Shown: positions 1 to 10,133, counted from the first letter of the stretch. The stretch is 64,000 nucleotides of DNA from Candidatus Thermofontivivens primus (GCA_031458695.1 JAVKJW010000010.1:1-64000); one strand, 5' to 3'. A program made the numbers and translations. Notes: generated by a model not told the origin, from the letters alone.

Positions 1-113
1 CTCCGCCCCGATGAGAGGTCATCAACGACGATGACCTCGTAGCCAGAAGCAATCGAGGCGTCCACAAGATGCGACCCGATGAACCCAGCCCCTCCCGTCA
101 CGAGCACCCTCAT
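1..113 (-). CDS. NAD-dependent epimerase/dehydratase (GalE-like), 5' part only, truncated by window edge
   Basis: Hand translation from ATG at 113: [37 protein letters not shown], the extended-SDR GxxGxxG motif. Not in the ORF track. Confidence 0.9.
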   Translation of the reverse strand, partial: MRVLVTGGAGFIGSHLVDASIASGYEVIVVDDLSSGR

Positions 114-119
114 ACCCCT

Positions 120-1415
120 TCACCTGCCCCAAAGCCTAGGAAGCCAAGAGTATCCCAGAAGATAGGAAAACACCACTGCCCCGGCAAAAAATGCAAGACC
201 TCCCAACATGCTCACTGCAGGGGACCATGCGAGGACACCGAGGGCCACAAGGGCTCCGCCGCATGCCAACAAGGCGAGGGAAGGCCCGCCTGCAGGAGGC
301 CAGTAGGGTGCCTCCAGGCGAGGAACTTCAAGCGGGGCCATGCCCAGGCGATAGCGATAGTACCAGATGAGGAAAGGGGTCACCTTGTAAGCCTGGCCGG
401 TGATCGCTAGCGTTACCCAGCCAAGCAGGAACAGGCTCACACCCGCTACTGCCCAGCGCTGAGGATCGCCGGGAAGCACTCCCACCGTCCATCCAAGGAG
501 GCCCGCGCTCAAGATCCCTGTCTCCGCAGCGATGACCTTCCAGTGGGCGCGGGTGATATCCCGTGCCTTCTTTGGCCATGCATGGAGGAAACGAACCACA
601 TCCGCAGTGTAGAGGAATCCGCCGATGGCAACGAGGAGAAGGCCGATACGTACCCCAGCGGGCAGCACAATGACACCTCCGAGGGTCACGGCGAGGCCTG
701 CACTCAAACTCACCAGCACTGCCCGTGGGTGGACCTTTGAGGGATCTTTCAACCCGGTGAACCTGGGGAGGAGATAGTAAGAGACACCAGCGACGAGTGT
801 TGCGAACCAGCCAATAAGGCCTAGGGGCAAGTGCACCATGAGCCCAACGGGCCCAATAAGATCCCTCCAGAAGAGGAACCTCCAGTTAAGCACGAGGATC
901 AGCCCCCAGGCGCTCACACCGCCAAGGCAGGCGAGTGCAACTACAATATAACTCAGCGATGGGAGCCAGCGCGTGCGATGCATCAGAACAGCGGTGGCTC
1001 TGCCGATGGCAAGGAGGATAGCCGTGAAGACCGCACCCCCTCCAAAGAGGAGGAGGGGCAAGAGGTGCCACCCGAACCCAGCAGCCAGAGCAGTCACCCC
1101 CACAAGGTAAAGGCCGAACTGGAATGGCATCAAGCGGTCTCCGCCGCGTGGCACTCCGGCGGCTGCAGGGAGCATCTGGTGGAGAGATCCAATGGCGACC
1201 ATTGTGCCCCATCCAAGGGTGACTAAGTGGTTCGCAGCGAGGACGAGCATGGAGCGATACTGAAGGAGGGCCAACCTCGGGCTTGCTCCGAGGACAGATA
1301 CAGCAACAAGGGGCAACGCCAGGATCGCACAGGCGAGGAACCACACACCACCACTCAACTGCGGGCGATCGACGCTGCCCGGTGACTGCGATCGGTTGTC
1401 CTTGGCGCTTTCCAT
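120..1415 (-). CDS. Polytopic membrane protein (~12 TM) with threefold internal repeat, heme-copper-oxidase-subunit-I-like/NnrS-like, function unknown
   Basis: Hydrophobic 431 aa. Repeats HLVTLGW..GSLHQMLP, HLPLGLIGW..GVSYYLLP and SLFLLGW..GQAYKVTP. Confidence 0.6.
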   Translation of the reverse strand: MESAKDNRSQSPGSVDRPQLSGGVWFLACAILALPLVAVSVLGASPRLALLQYRSMLVLAANHLVTLGWGTMVAIGSLHQMLPAAAGVPRGGDRLMPFQFGLYLVGVTALAAGFGWHLLPLLLFGGGAVFTAILLAIGRATAVLMHRTRWLPSLSYIVVALACLGGVSAWGLILVLNWRFLFWRDLIGPVGLMVHLPLGLIGWFATLVAGVSYYLLPRFTGLKDPSKVHPRAVLVSLSAGLAVTLGGVIVLPAGVRIGLLLVAIGGFLYTADVVRFLHAWPKKARDITRAHWKVIAAETGILSAGLLGWTVGVLPGDPQRWAVAGVSLFLLGWVTLAITGQAYKVTPFLIWYYRYRLGMAPLEVPRLEAPYWPPAGGPSLALLACGGALVALGVLAWSPAVSMLGGLAFFAGAVVFSYLLGYSWLPRLWGR

Positions 1416-1493
1416 TCGCCCCAGAAAGAGAGCAGTGAACTTCCCGATAAAAGCCTCTCGACGGTTGTGGAGGTCCCGTCCTCAACAGGCTCT

Positions 1494-2426
1494 TTAGACA
1501 AAGATGCCCAAGGGGAGATAGGCGGTGACGATCCAGTTGGGCTTGTCCACCACCTCGCTGATCTTGAGGTCCACGACCACGCTACAGAGCACGTAGGCAT
1601 CTTCTGGCGTGAGATTGTAGGTGCGCACAAGGTGCTCGATCATGTGGCGGACGGCCTTTCGGGAAGCTTCCATAAGATCTGGGCTAATCCCCGTCGTGGC
1701 ATAATACCCCTTGCCGTCGTACTTGCTCGTGAGCGGCCCTGCGGTGAAGAACTGTGGTTCAGGGATCGAGCGGTCCTTGCGCACGCGGAAGCGCAGAGCA
1801 ACATGCATGGGGGCCTCAATCCCTGTCACACATACTTCACCGTCGCCCTGGGCTGCATGGCAATCCCCGCAAGAAAAAAGAGCTCCCTCCACCTGGACGG
1901 GCAGAAGGAGCGTCGTCCCTCTTGTCAGGTGGCGGATGTCCATGTTTCCACCAAACCGTCCAGGCGGCATCACCGGGAATTCCCCTTTCTCTCCGGGAGC
2001 AACCCCCATGGTCCCGCAGAAGGGATCGAGGGGAATGCAGATGTCCTCGCGGAGGAGAGTGTGGTCCCCCGCGGAGAGATCCCAAATGCGCAGGTAAGGC
2101 TTGTTGAACTCCTCCTCCAACAACCCGAACCCGGGAATGATCCCCGTCCATCCCCACCCCTTTGGGTGAAGATCGAGGATTTCTACTTCTAAGACGTCTC
2201 CTGGCTTCGCCCCTTTTACAAAAACAGGACCTCCCAGGGGGTAGATCCGGCTCCAATCCAAGCTCGTGAGGGCATCGGCAGTGGAAGCGGGAGTGATCTG
2301 GTTGTCGGTCACGTCGCGCAGGTCATAAACGACAACATCCCCGGATTCGATCTCAAGCGCAGGGGGGAGAGCGTTATTCCATACAAAATGTACCTTCTCA
2401 GGCGGCAAGAAGTACTCATGACCCAT
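1494..2426 (-). CDS. Acetamidase/formamidase family protein
   Basis: Motifs GPVFVKGAKPGDVLEV, GGNMD, GDCHAAQGDGEV. SD AGGAGG upstream. Confidence 0.92.
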   Translation of the reverse strand: MGHEYFLPPEKVHFVWNNALPPALEIESGDVVVYDLRDVTDNQITPASTADALTSLDWSRIYPLGGPVFVKGAKPGDVLEVEILDLHPKGWGWTGIIPGFGLLEEEFNKPYLRIWDLSAGDHTLLREDICIPLDPFCGTMGVAPGEKGEFPVMPPGRFGGNMDIRHLTRGTTLLLPVQVEGALFSCGDCHAAQGDGEVCVTGIEAPMHVALRFRVRKDRSIPEPQFFTAGPLTSKYDGKGYYATTGISPDLMEASRKAVRHMIEHLVRTYNLTPEDAYVLCSVVVDLKISEVVDKPNWIVTAYLPLGIFV

Positions 2427-2614
2427 GGATATCGCCTCCTTTACGGGCCATCAGGCGGCCTTGGGTAAGTATTCCGCACCCACAGAAAAGGTCCTTGCGA
2501 CATCGGAATAATGGAGAAAGGAGCCGGCGAAACCTCTTGCGAAGATCTGCGGATCCTCCTCTTGAGGTGGGGTCCCGACAAAATTCCCAGGGTTGTGAAG
2601 GGAACCTGAGAAGG

Positions 2615-2692
2615 TGGTGCCCCCGACGGGATTCGAACCCGTGTTACCGGCTTGAAAGACCGGGGTCCTAGGCCTGGCTAGACGACGGGGGC
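2615..2692 (-). tRNA. tRNA-Glu (TTC)
   Basis: Reverse complement GCCCCCGTCGTCTAGCCAGGCCTAGGACCCCGGTCTTTCAAGCCGGTAACACGGGTTCGAATCCCGTCGGGGGCACCA. Cloverleaf, TTC anticodon, encoded CCA. Confidence 0.97.
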
Positions 2693-2774
2693 CCACGTGG
2701 AGGATAACACAGGATTCCAGGAGGGTCAACCGAATACCCTGAGGGGGGAATCTCTAGAGGGGGAGGAGAGGGTT

Positions 2775-3362
2775 TTGCGTAACCCTTGGATGTTCGCCAT
2801 TCGCCTTGCCTGCTCTGTCCTCATCTTCACCCTCCTGGCATCGGGAGTCTGGAGCGCACCACGCGAGCCGGGAGGAGAGAGTCCCCCTCCCGGTGTGCAT
2901 GTGATCGGGGACGGGATCATTATTCCCGGGAAACGCATCGGTCCGCTGCACCTGAACATGGACCTCCGGGAGATCCTCCAGGTCATGGGCAGCGGTTTCC
3001 GCCGTGACGAGTTCCCTGAGCACAACCTCATCCTGTACGAGTGGCGACGGGAGGGCGTTTGGGTCTCCCTCTACCGGGATAGCCAAAGACTTCGCCTCAT
3101 CAGTGTCTTTGGAACAGGAGGGTATCGAACTGATCGGGGAGTCCGGCTCCTCGATCGTATCGACAAGGCCATTGCCACCTATGGCAACGGGTACCGCCGG
3201 TACGATTACCCCGAGGACCGCATCGCCATACTTCGGTACCATGACCTCGGCCTCCAATTCGCCTTCGTCCAGAGCCCGAAGAACCTGCTCAATGGACGTA
3301 TCTTCCAGATCGGGGTCTTCAAACCAGGCGACCTCCCCCCAATCAAGCAACCACGTCAATAG
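2775..3362 (+). CDS. Exported hypothetical protein with signal peptide
   Basis: SD GGAGG before TTG at 2775. Hydrophobic N-terminus (LACSVLIFTLLASGVWSA) followed by a soluble domain. Confidence 0.7.
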   Translation: MRNPWMFAIRLACSVLIFTLLASGVWSAPREPGGESPPPGVHVIGDGIIIPGKRIGPLHLNMDLREILQVMGSGFRRDEFPEHNLILYEWRREGVWVSLYRDSQRLRLISVFGTGGYRTDRGVRLLDRIDKAIATYGNGYRRYDYPEDRIAILRYHDLGLQFAFVQSPKNLLNGRIFQIGVFKPGDLPPIKQPRQ

Positions 3363-3508
3363 TTTCCCTTTCCAGAGACTCGCCGCTCCGCTTTTTGCGC
3401 TCTTCCCCTCAGGGGGTACGGGCGAGGGACCGCGCTCCTCTAGAGCCAGCATGGATTTTGGAGAAGATCCCGACATACGTCAGAAGGTTCCCAAGTATTG
3501 AAGGGCAG

Positions 3509-3537
3509 TTGCAGCGGGAGCAGGGAGACGGTACACT
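3509..3537 (+). promoter_or_regulatory. Putative sigma-70 promoter for tatD operon
   Basis: TTGCAG-17 bp-TACACT. Confidence 0.5.
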
Positions 3538-3561
3538 GGGATTGTACAGGCAAAGGCGGAT

Positions 3562-4341
3562 ATGTTCTTCGACACCCACCTGCATCTCGACGACGAGGGC
3601 CTGCGGAGTGACCTGGAGGGAGTCCTCACCAGGGCACGCGAGGCCGGGGTTGCCTACCTCCTCACCGTTGGCACCGACGTGGAGTCCTCTCAGGTGGCGA
3701 TTGCGATCGCAAGTTCCTTCCCGTACGTCTATGCCGCTGTGGGGATCCATCCGCACGAGGCAGGTTCAGTTGGCGAGGAGGCCATGATGGAGATCCGTAA
3801 CCTGGCCCGTCATCCCAAGGTGGTGGCCATTGGGGAAACAGGATTGGATTACTCCCGCGACAATGCCTCCCGTCTGCAGCAGGAAGCTCTTTTCCACCAA
3901 CACATCCAGCTTGCCCGGGAACTCGCGCTCCCCGTAGTGGTTCACTGCCGCGAAGCACATGGGAATGCCCTCCAGATCCTGGATAGGGAGGATGTACAGG
4001 TAATCTGGCACTGTTTCTCGGGATCCCCGGAATTTGCCAGGGAGTGTATCCGCCGTGGCCACTTCCTCTCCATCGCCGGACCCGTCACTTTCCGGAATGC
4101 CAGGCGCCTGCCGGAGGTCGCCCGAGCGATCCCCCTTGAACACCTCCTCCTTGAGACGGACAGCCCCTACCTCGCGCCTGAGCCATATCGTGGCCACCGG
4201 AACGAACCTGCATACTTGCCCCTCATCGCTTCCCGTGTGGCGGAGCTACGGAGGATGCCTATGGACGACCTGGCTCAAGCGACCACAGAGAATGCCCTCC
4301 GCATGTTCCATCTCCGGCCCTCGATGGAGGACGAACGATGA
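3562..4341 (+). CDS. tatD: TatD family DNase
   Basis: Motifs DTHLHL, GIHPH, IGETGLDY, HCFSG, LLLETDSPYL. Confidence 0.95.
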   Translation: MFFDTHLHLDDEGLRSDLEGVLTRAREAGVAYLLTVGTDVESSQVAIAIASSFPYVYAAVGIHPHEAGSVGEEAMMEIRNLARHPKVVAIGETGLDYSRDNASRLQQEALFHQHIQLARELALPVVVHCREAHGNALQILDREDVQVIWHCFSGSPEFARECIRRGHFLSIAGPVTFRNARRLPEVARAIPLEHLLLETDSPYLAPEPYRGHRNEPAYLPLIASRVAELRRMPMDDLAQATTENALRMFHLRPSMEDER

Positions 4342-5429
4342 GAGCGCTTGTAGCTGGCCTGTTGATCCTCCTATTTTTCCATGGGCTCGCGCTCGCCCAG
4401 GACACAGAGGCTGAGATCGGCCGACGCTACGCGAAGCAGATCGAATCCCAGTACAAGGTCGTTCATGATCCCGCTTTGGCCGAACGCGTCGCTCGTATTG
4501 GGCGGGAGGTGGCGGCTGCGTCCGACAGGCCAGAGATCCCCTTCACATTCAAGGTCCTTGATCTCGACTCCGTGAACGCGGTCTCCCTGCCAGGTGGGTT
4601 TATCTACTTGACCACGGGCATGGTGCGCTTCGTCCGCACAGACCACGAGCTTGCAGCCGTCCTTGCCCACGAGATCGCCCACGTGGTGCGCGGCCATGGG
4701 ATGGAAATGATCCGTCGCCATACCCAGGCGGTCTTTTATACCATGCTCATTGCCGCCCTCACCCGGGATCCAAACCTTGCGAAGGGGGCCCAACTCGTCT
4801 CCCTGGGGGTCCTCAGCAGTTACACGCGGGAGATGGAACAGGAGGCAGATCGGCTGGCGATCATCTACCTCCAGCGGACGCACTACACCCCTGCGGGGCT
4901 CCTCACCCTCATGGAACGGCTGCGGTGGAAGTTGGAGGCCCAGCCAGATTTAGGGGCGTTTGCGGACCACCCGACCGTGGAGGAGCGCGTGCGGTACATT
5001 GAGACCGAGTTGAAAATCCGAGGGATCCCCCTTGCCCGCCGCATTGCCGGGGGATATCTCCGTATTGAGGTCCTCGTGGTGCCTGAGCAAGGGCGGGAGA
5101 TCGGGGAGCTCTACGTGGATGGGCGCCTGGTGCTCCGCCTCCCCGGTATCGATGGAAGCGCGAGGGACCGAATCCAAGAGATTGCGCGCCGGCTGGATCG
5201 TCTATTCAACGAGGATCTTCGCCCCTACGAGGTCTCCACCCGGCCCATTGGGAGGGAGTGGGGGGTCTTTGCCCGCGGTTCTCTCCTCATCGTCCATGTC
5301 ACTGCGCAGGATGCTGCCTTCTTGGGGAGCTCTCCAAGGGAAATTGCCTCGGGGATCCGCGCGCGACTCGTAGGAGTGCTCACAGAATCTCTCTGGCAGA
5401 GACGGTTAGGTACCTCTCCAAACCCCTGA
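4338..5429 (+). CDS. M48 family metalloprotease with signal peptide and C-terminal extension
   Basis: Motifs NAVSLPGG, HEIAH (HExxH), EQEAD, HP..R. ATGA overlap with tatD. Confidence 0.9.
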   Translation: MRALVAGLLILLFFHGLALAQDTEAEIGRRYAKQIESQYKVVHDPALAERVARIGREVAAASDRPEIPFTFKVLDLDSVNAVSLPGGFIYLTTGMVRFVRTDHELAAVLAHEIAHVVRGHGMEMIRRHTQAVFYTMLIAALTRDPNLAKGAQLVSLGVLSSYTREMEQEADRLAIIYLQRTHYTPAGLLTLMERLRWKLEAQPDLGAFADHPTVEERVRYIETELKIRGIPLARRIAGGYLRIEVLVVPEQGREIGELYVDGRLVLRLPGIDGSARDRIQEIARRLDRLFNEDLRPYEVSTRPIGREWGVFARGSLLIVHVTAQDAAFLGSSPREIASGIRARLVGVLTESLWQRRLGTSPNP

Positions 5430-5442
5430 CCCTAAAACTCCA

Positions 5443-6081
5443 TTACCCTACGTTCACCTTGTTCGTCCACTTGGCGATCTCCCAGGTTGCCTTGAGCTTC
5501 GCCGCGACACCACGCACGAACCCATGTTTTTCCTGCTTGGGGACGTGGGTGAGATCCTGAAGGAGAACGGTGCGGAAGCGCACCCCCTGGAGCTTTGCGT
5601 ACCGGGTCAGAACCGCTTCCACCCCAAACCCCGTCTCCCCAAGGTCTGGGATCGCCTCAAGGAGCGCGCGCCGTAAGGCGCGTTGACCAGAGAACTGAGG
5701 GAAGATCTCTTGAATCAGATCTTGCTCATGCTGGCCGATGGTCATCCCTACCTCCCCCGTGAGAACGGGGAGAAGGAGACTTGCGATATGCTGGGTGGTG
5801 AGGCCGAGGAGGTCCGCATCGAGGAGGAGGATAACCTCTGCGTCTGTCTCTCGGAGGCCCGCCGCGATGGCACCTCCTTTGCCCACGTTCTCCTCCAGCA
5901 CAACCACCCTGGCTCCAGCACGCTTGGCAACGGCTGCGGTCTCGTCCGTAGATCCATCGCTCACAACAATGATCTCATCGACCAATGGGCTCCGCCTGAC
6001 GACCGCAACCACATCGCCAATCGTCTTCGCCTCGTTAAAGGCAGGGATGATCGCAGCCACCCGCGGTGAGGTGCCCATCAT
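5443..6081 (-). CDS. Glycosyltransferase family 2
   Basis: Motifs IIPAFNEA, SDGSTD, GKGGA, LDADL. Confidence 0.9.
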   Translation of the reverse strand: MMGTSPRVAAIIPAFNEAKTIGDVVAVVRRSPLVDEIIVVSDGSTDETAAVAKRAGARVVVLEENVGKGGAIAAGLRETDAEVILLLDADLLGLTTQHIASLLLPVLTGEVGMTIGQHEQDLIQEIFPQFSGQRALRRALLEAIPDLGETGFGVEAVLTRYAKLQGVRFRTVLLQDLTHVPKQEKHGFVRGVAAKLKATWEIAKWTNKVNVG

Positions 6082-6223
6082 GGGATATATTTTCCCCTCC
6101 CCCGGAAATTCCTCCCATAGAGGTACCCAACGAAATCTTTTCAAAATTCAAAGGAAATGGCAAGGGAGGGAACCCCAGGAAGAGTCAAAAGACCTTTGTT
6201 CAGGGAGGGGATTCCACAGGACC

Positions 6224-6253
6224 TTGTGCCCCGAGGGGAGAGTCCAGTATAAT
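6224..6253 (+). promoter_or_regulatory. Putative sigma-70 promoter of tRNA-Arg
   Basis: TTGTGC-18 bp-TATAAT, 30 nt upstream of the tRNA. Confidence 0.55.
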
Positions 6254-6283
6254 CGGGGTGGTGCTCCTGGAGTCTCCCAGAAC

Positions 6284-6359
6284 GTCCCCGTAGCTCAGCG
6301 GATAGAGCGTTGGACTCCGGATCCAAAGGTCGGGGGTTCAAATCCCCCCGGGGACGCCA
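6284..6359 (+). tRNA. tRNA-Arg (CCG)
   Basis: GTCCCCGTAGCTCAGCGGATAGAGCGTTGGACTCCGGATCCAAAGGTCGGGGGTTCAAATCCCCCCGGGGACGCCA. Confidence 0.97.
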
Positions 6360-6523
6360 CAGCCTCCCACAATGAACTCCTGCGCCTGAGCATCTTCCCT
6401 ACCCCAACAAGGCCTGTCCAAAGGTTTCCCTCAAAAGGTGTGCAGGCTTATTTCGTCAAGGCTCTTGGAGGAGAGAAGGAGAAGCCAACAGAAGAGTCCT
6501 CCTGAGGACCCCAGGAGGAGGGA

Positions 6524-7003
6524 GTGGTGGGGATGACCTGTCGGGAACGCCTGGAACAATACTTCCGTGAGAACGGGGTGCACTTCCAGGTTCGCACACA
6601 CCCCGTGGTCTACACCGCCCAGGAGGTCGCAGCCGTGGAGCATGTGCCTGGGCGCCTCGTCGCAAAGGTGGTCATGGTCATCGTGGACGGACGAATGACC
6701 ATGTTGGTCCTCCCTGCGCCGTACCGTGTGGACGTCGAGAAGGTCCGCCAAACTCTCCAAGCCAAAGAGGTACGCCTGGCCCGCGAGGAGGAGTTTGCCC
6801 ATATCTTCCCCGACTGTGAGATTGGGGCGATGCCTCCCTTTGGGAACCTGTACAACCTCCCCGTGCTTGTGGACCGATCGCTCACTGCGGACCCCGTCAT
6901 TGTATTCCGGGCTGGCACGCACAGGGAGACCATGTCTATTGGATACAGCGATTACGAGCGACTGGTGAAGCCCGAGGTTGCTGAGTTCGCCCTCCGTCCC
7001 TGA
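6524..7003 (+). CDS. YbaK/EbsC aminoacyl-tRNA editing domain protein
   Basis: Motifs VAKVV and DCEIGAMPPFG. Strong SD. Confidence 0.9.
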   Translation: MVGMTCRERLEQYFRENGVHFQVRTHPVVYTAQEVAAVEHVPGRLVAKVVMVIVDGRMTMLVLPAPYRVDVEKVRQTLQAKEVRLAREEEFAHIFPDCEIGAMPPFGNLYNLPVLVDRSLTADPVIVFRAGTHRETMSIGYSDYERLVKPEVAEFALRP

Positions 7004-7013
7004 GAGATTGGAC

Positions 7014-7337
7014 GTGTCCTCCTGGCCACGGCAACGCGAGGTCATCGGGAAAATCCGGAAGGTCCTCCACCGGGTATACGGCGCGGAGGACGCCTGGGTG
7101 ATCCAACGGGAGGGAGAGACGAGACTCGAAGCCCTGGTTCAAGGCAAACGAGCCGTCCTCTATGCCGATCGCGAGGCCAACTTCTGGGCTCAGTTTTACC
7201 GAGAGGGGTTGAAGGTCATTTGGCGAGGTGGCGAGAAACGGGTCGTCAAGTTCTTGAGACCCAAAAGCGAGCGAGAGATCATCGACACCCTCCGATCCTA
7301 CTGGGAGCACCTCATGGAGCGGCACCAGGAGGAGTAA
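7014..7337 (+). CDS. Hypothetical protein (~107 aa)
   Basis: ORF directly follows ybaK and fills the gap. No family recognised and start uncertain. Confidence 0.6.
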   Translation: MSSWPRQREVIGKIRKVLHRVYGAEDAWVIQREGETRLEALVQGKRAVLYADREANFWAQFYREGLKVIWRGGEKRVVKFLRPKSEREIIDTLRSYWEHLMERHQEE

Positions 7338-7376
7338 ACGGGTCCAGAGGGAAGTGGGGATGAGGGACCCGGGGAG

Positions 7377-8582
7377 TCACCTGTCGCTTGTCGCGATGCT
7401 GGCAAGCCTCCTGGCGAGCACAATAGAGATGAGGATACTCCCCATGGCAAGCGCGAAAACCGCTCGCACAGGGATGAATTGGAGCAGAAAGCCGCTGAGG
7501 AAGGGCATTGTCGTCCCCCTGACGCCCACAGAGGTATTGTAGAGTGCTGTATAAGCGCCGATCTCCTGCCGAGGCGCGATCTCCATAATGGCAAACATCC
7601 ACAGGAGGTCGATTCCCGCGGTGACGATCCCATCGATGGCGGCAGCAAGGAGGAGAACCCACACGGTGGGCGCGACGAGGTACACGAGCGGTGTGAAAAA
7701 TCCCAACACGTAGGCCCACCGGAGGGTCCCGAGGGCTGTCTTCCTGTCAATGATGCGCCCCCAAAACCGGTAACTCAAGAGCCAGAACAAGGAAGAGGTA
7801 GAGGCTAACAGACCTACCTGGAAGTCCGTTGCCCGGAGGATGTCCACGAGGAGGATCGGGATCGCTGGGGCCGATAGCCAGTAGCCGGTCCCGTAGAGGA
7901 AGAACGTCACCAGGAACCTCCGAAAGAGGCGATCAGAGCGCACAGCCGCGAAGGCCCCGCGGGGAACCTCCATCTCCCTCTGGAGAAGGTGAACCGTCTC
8001 TCCCAGACGAAGGTACCTCAGGCTCCCAGCGACCCCGAAGAGGCCAGCCAGCGCAAAGACCCACTGAAAGGGAAGGGACTGGTGAAGTCTGCCGCCTAAA
8101 AGGGAGGCGACGATCCAGGCAAGGGCCATCCCCGTCCGCACAATCCCTAAGATGCGACCTCGTTCCTCAACGGGATAGATCACCCCCACGATCTGGGTGT
8201 AAGCTGGGCTCGTTGCAGCGTTCGCCACGTGGAAGCAAAAGATGAGGCCGATATAGGCTGTGCTGGCGCGCACAAGGGGCGTCAGAAGGAAGAGCCCACG
8301 GGAGAGAACACCCGACCAGGCCAGGACTACTGCAGCGGACCACCTTCGCAGCAGGCGTACCCAGAGGAGAGAAAGAAGCATGCCCACGGCAGGAGCGGCG
8401 ACAAGGAGGGAAAGCGCAAGGGGACCAGCCCCCAGGCGGCGGGCGATCACGGCGAAGAACGGGAAGGTCATCCCCCCAAAGAGTCCATACAGGAGGCTCG
8501 CGGTAAGATCGACCTTCACAAGGGGGCGAAGGCGACCCCGGACATGAACGAGAGGATACAGGAGGAGAGCGCGATTGGTCAT
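7377..8582 (-). CDS. MFS transporter
   Basis: About 12 TM segments. Motifs WGRIIDRK and ERGRILG. Confidence 0.85.
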   Translation of the reverse strand: MTNRALLLYPLVHVRGRLRPLVKVDLTASLLYGLFGGMTFPFFAVIARRLGAGPLALSLLVAAPAVGMLLSLLWVRLLRRWSAAVVLAWSGVLSRGLFLLTPLVRASTAYIGLIFCFHVANAATSPAYTQIVGVIYPVEERGRILGIVRTGMALAWIVASLLGGRLHQSLPFQWVFALAGLFGVAGSLRYLRLGETVHLLQREMEVPRGAFAAVRSDRLFRRFLVTFFLYGTGYWLSAPAIPILLVDILRATDFQVGLLASTSSLFWLLSYRFWGRIIDRKTALGTLRWAYVLGFFTPLVYLVAPTVWVLLLAAAIDGIVTAGIDLLWMFAIMEIAPRQEIGAYTALYNTSVGVRGTTMPFLSGFLLQFIPVRAVFALAMGSILISIVLARRLASIATSDR

Positions 8583-8636
8583 TAGCCCCCCAGCATACGG
8601 AGAGTGTTTCCTGTGAAATCTTGTCCAAAAAGTTCG

Positions 8637-9596
8637 CTAGGGACCCCTTTGACCCTGCCGGAACCTGGGGATCACCTCCTTGGCGAACAGCTTTGCCCCT
8701 GCAGGGTCAGGGAAATCGACGAACCGCAAGATGAAGTGCTCCACGCCAAGGGCGACAAACTGTTCCAAGGCCTTCGTCACCTCATCGGGGTCCCCTACAA
8801 TCGCTCCGATGCGATCCCGTGTGAATGGGGATCCCGCAGCGATCTGCAAAGCGCGCTCCATAGTCGGCGCAATGGCCAGACCGTCCGTTGCCCACGTCTT
8901 TTGGATCGCCCTGGGATCCCTACCGACTGCTCTGCAGTGTTCCTCTAAGATACGCAGTTTCCGAGCAAAAATCTCCGGGGTCCCGCCGACAAGGTTCCAC
9001 CAATCGGCATGCTCGGCCACAACCCGCAGAGTTAAACGCTCACCGCCACCCCCGATGAGAATAGGTGGGGGCGTAGGAGGCTTAGGACGGCAGTACGCAT
9101 TGTGGATCCTATAGGTAGCCCCCTCAAAAGAAGCGGCCTCCTCTGTCCACATTCTCCGGATAATTTGGACAGCCTCGGCTAGCTGCTGGATGCGAACCGA
9201 GGCCGGCGGGAACTCGTAGCCATACCGCCGGTACTCTTCCTCAAACCACCCGGCCCCGATCCCCAAGACGAGGCGCCCGCCGTTGAGCGTGGCAAGGGTG
9301 GCCCCCATCTTGGCCACGAGGGGCGGGTGGCGGTAGGAATTGCACAGGACAATAGCGCCCACGACGAGGTGGGGATAAGCACCGCTCAGGTAGCTCAAGG
9401 TTGTCCAGCACTCCAGGGTATCCGTTGCTGGATCCTGGAAGGGAGCCCAGGGGATGAAATGGTCAGAGATCCATGCTGCATCAAACGCGCCGGAGACTTC
9501 GTCCAGGTATCGACGGATTTCATCGATGAACTGCTTCCCCCGGCTCTCGTGCACAGGGAAGTCAGGGATCCGGATGCCAAATGCGACCCTCGACAC
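8637..9596 (-). CDS. LLM-class flavin (possibly F420)-dependent oxidoreductase
   Basis: Motifs WISDHF, YRHPPLVAK, GRLVLGIGAGW, PILIGGGGE. Confidence 0.9.
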   Translation of the reverse strand: MSRVAFGIRIPDFPVHESRGKQFIDEIRRYLDEVSGAFDAAWISDHFIPWAPFQDPATDTLECWTTLSYLSGAYPHLVVGAIVLCNSYRHPPLVAKMGATLATLNGGRLVLGIGAGWFEEEYRRYGYEFPPASVRIQQLAEAVQIIRRMWTEEAASFEGATYRIHNAYCRPKPPTPPPILIGGGGERLTLRVVAEHADWWNLVGGTPEIFARKLRILEEHCRAVGRDPRAIQKTWATDGLAIAPTMERALQIAAGSPFTRDRIGAIVGDPDEVTKALEQFVALGVEHFILRFVDFPDPAGAKLFAKEVIPRFRQGQRGP

Positions 9597-9712
9597 ACCA
9601 TCCCCTCCTTTCCAATTGACCAGGGTTTTCTTCGAGGGAGAGACGAATCCCCCTGCAAAGGACTCCGCAGGCCGATGCCAGAATTCTCTGGATCGAGAGG
9701 GGCGTGAGCGCT

Positions 9713-10084
9713 ATGGCAAACCCAAAACTCAAGGACCCGCTTGTGGATAGGCTCTTCGAGGCCGTGCTCCAGCTCCGCACCCTCGAGGAGTGTTACCGCT
9801 TCTTCGAAGACGTCTGCACAGTGGGGGAGATCAAGGCGATGGCCCAGAGGTTTGAGGTCGCCAAGCTCCTATGGGAGGGCCATACCTATGAAGAGATCGC
9901 ACAGCGTGTAGGCGCTAGCTCCGCAACCATCAGCAGGGTCCGGCGCTTCCTCGAGTACGGCGCCGATGGGTATAAGCTCGTGCTTGAACGCCTCCTGGGA
10001 GCTCGCAAGGGTTTAGCGAAAGCAGCTCGCAGGGCTTCGCCAGGAACTAGACCTTCTCGCCGCCGTTCCCCCAAAGGGACTTGA
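9713..10084 (+). CDS. yerC: YerC/YecD TrpR-like repressor (HisR)
   Basis: ECYRFFEDVCT..E...MAQR and ASSATISRV HTH signature. Directly upstream of the his operon. Confidence 0.92.
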   Translation: MANPKLKDPLVDRLFEAVLQLRTLEECYRFFEDVCTVGEIKAMAQRFEVAKLLWEGHTYEEIAQRVGASSATISRVRRFLEYGADGYKLVLERLLGARKGLAKAARRASPGTRPSRRRSPKGT

Positions 10085-10109
10085 CTTCGCCTGGATGCTG
10101 TGGTAAGGT
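10081..10109 (+). promoter_or_regulatory. Sigma-70 promoter of his operon
   Basis: TTGACT-17 bp-TAAGGT with extended -10 TG. Confidence 0.65.
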
Positions 10110-10133
10110 GGGAGTTGTACTTTTCTTGTTTAT

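Noticed and set aside
2427..2614. Riboswitch upstream of the acetamidase, and likewise in the icd leader and livG spacer
   Set aside because: Only generic hairpins, with no conserved aptamer motifs recognised.
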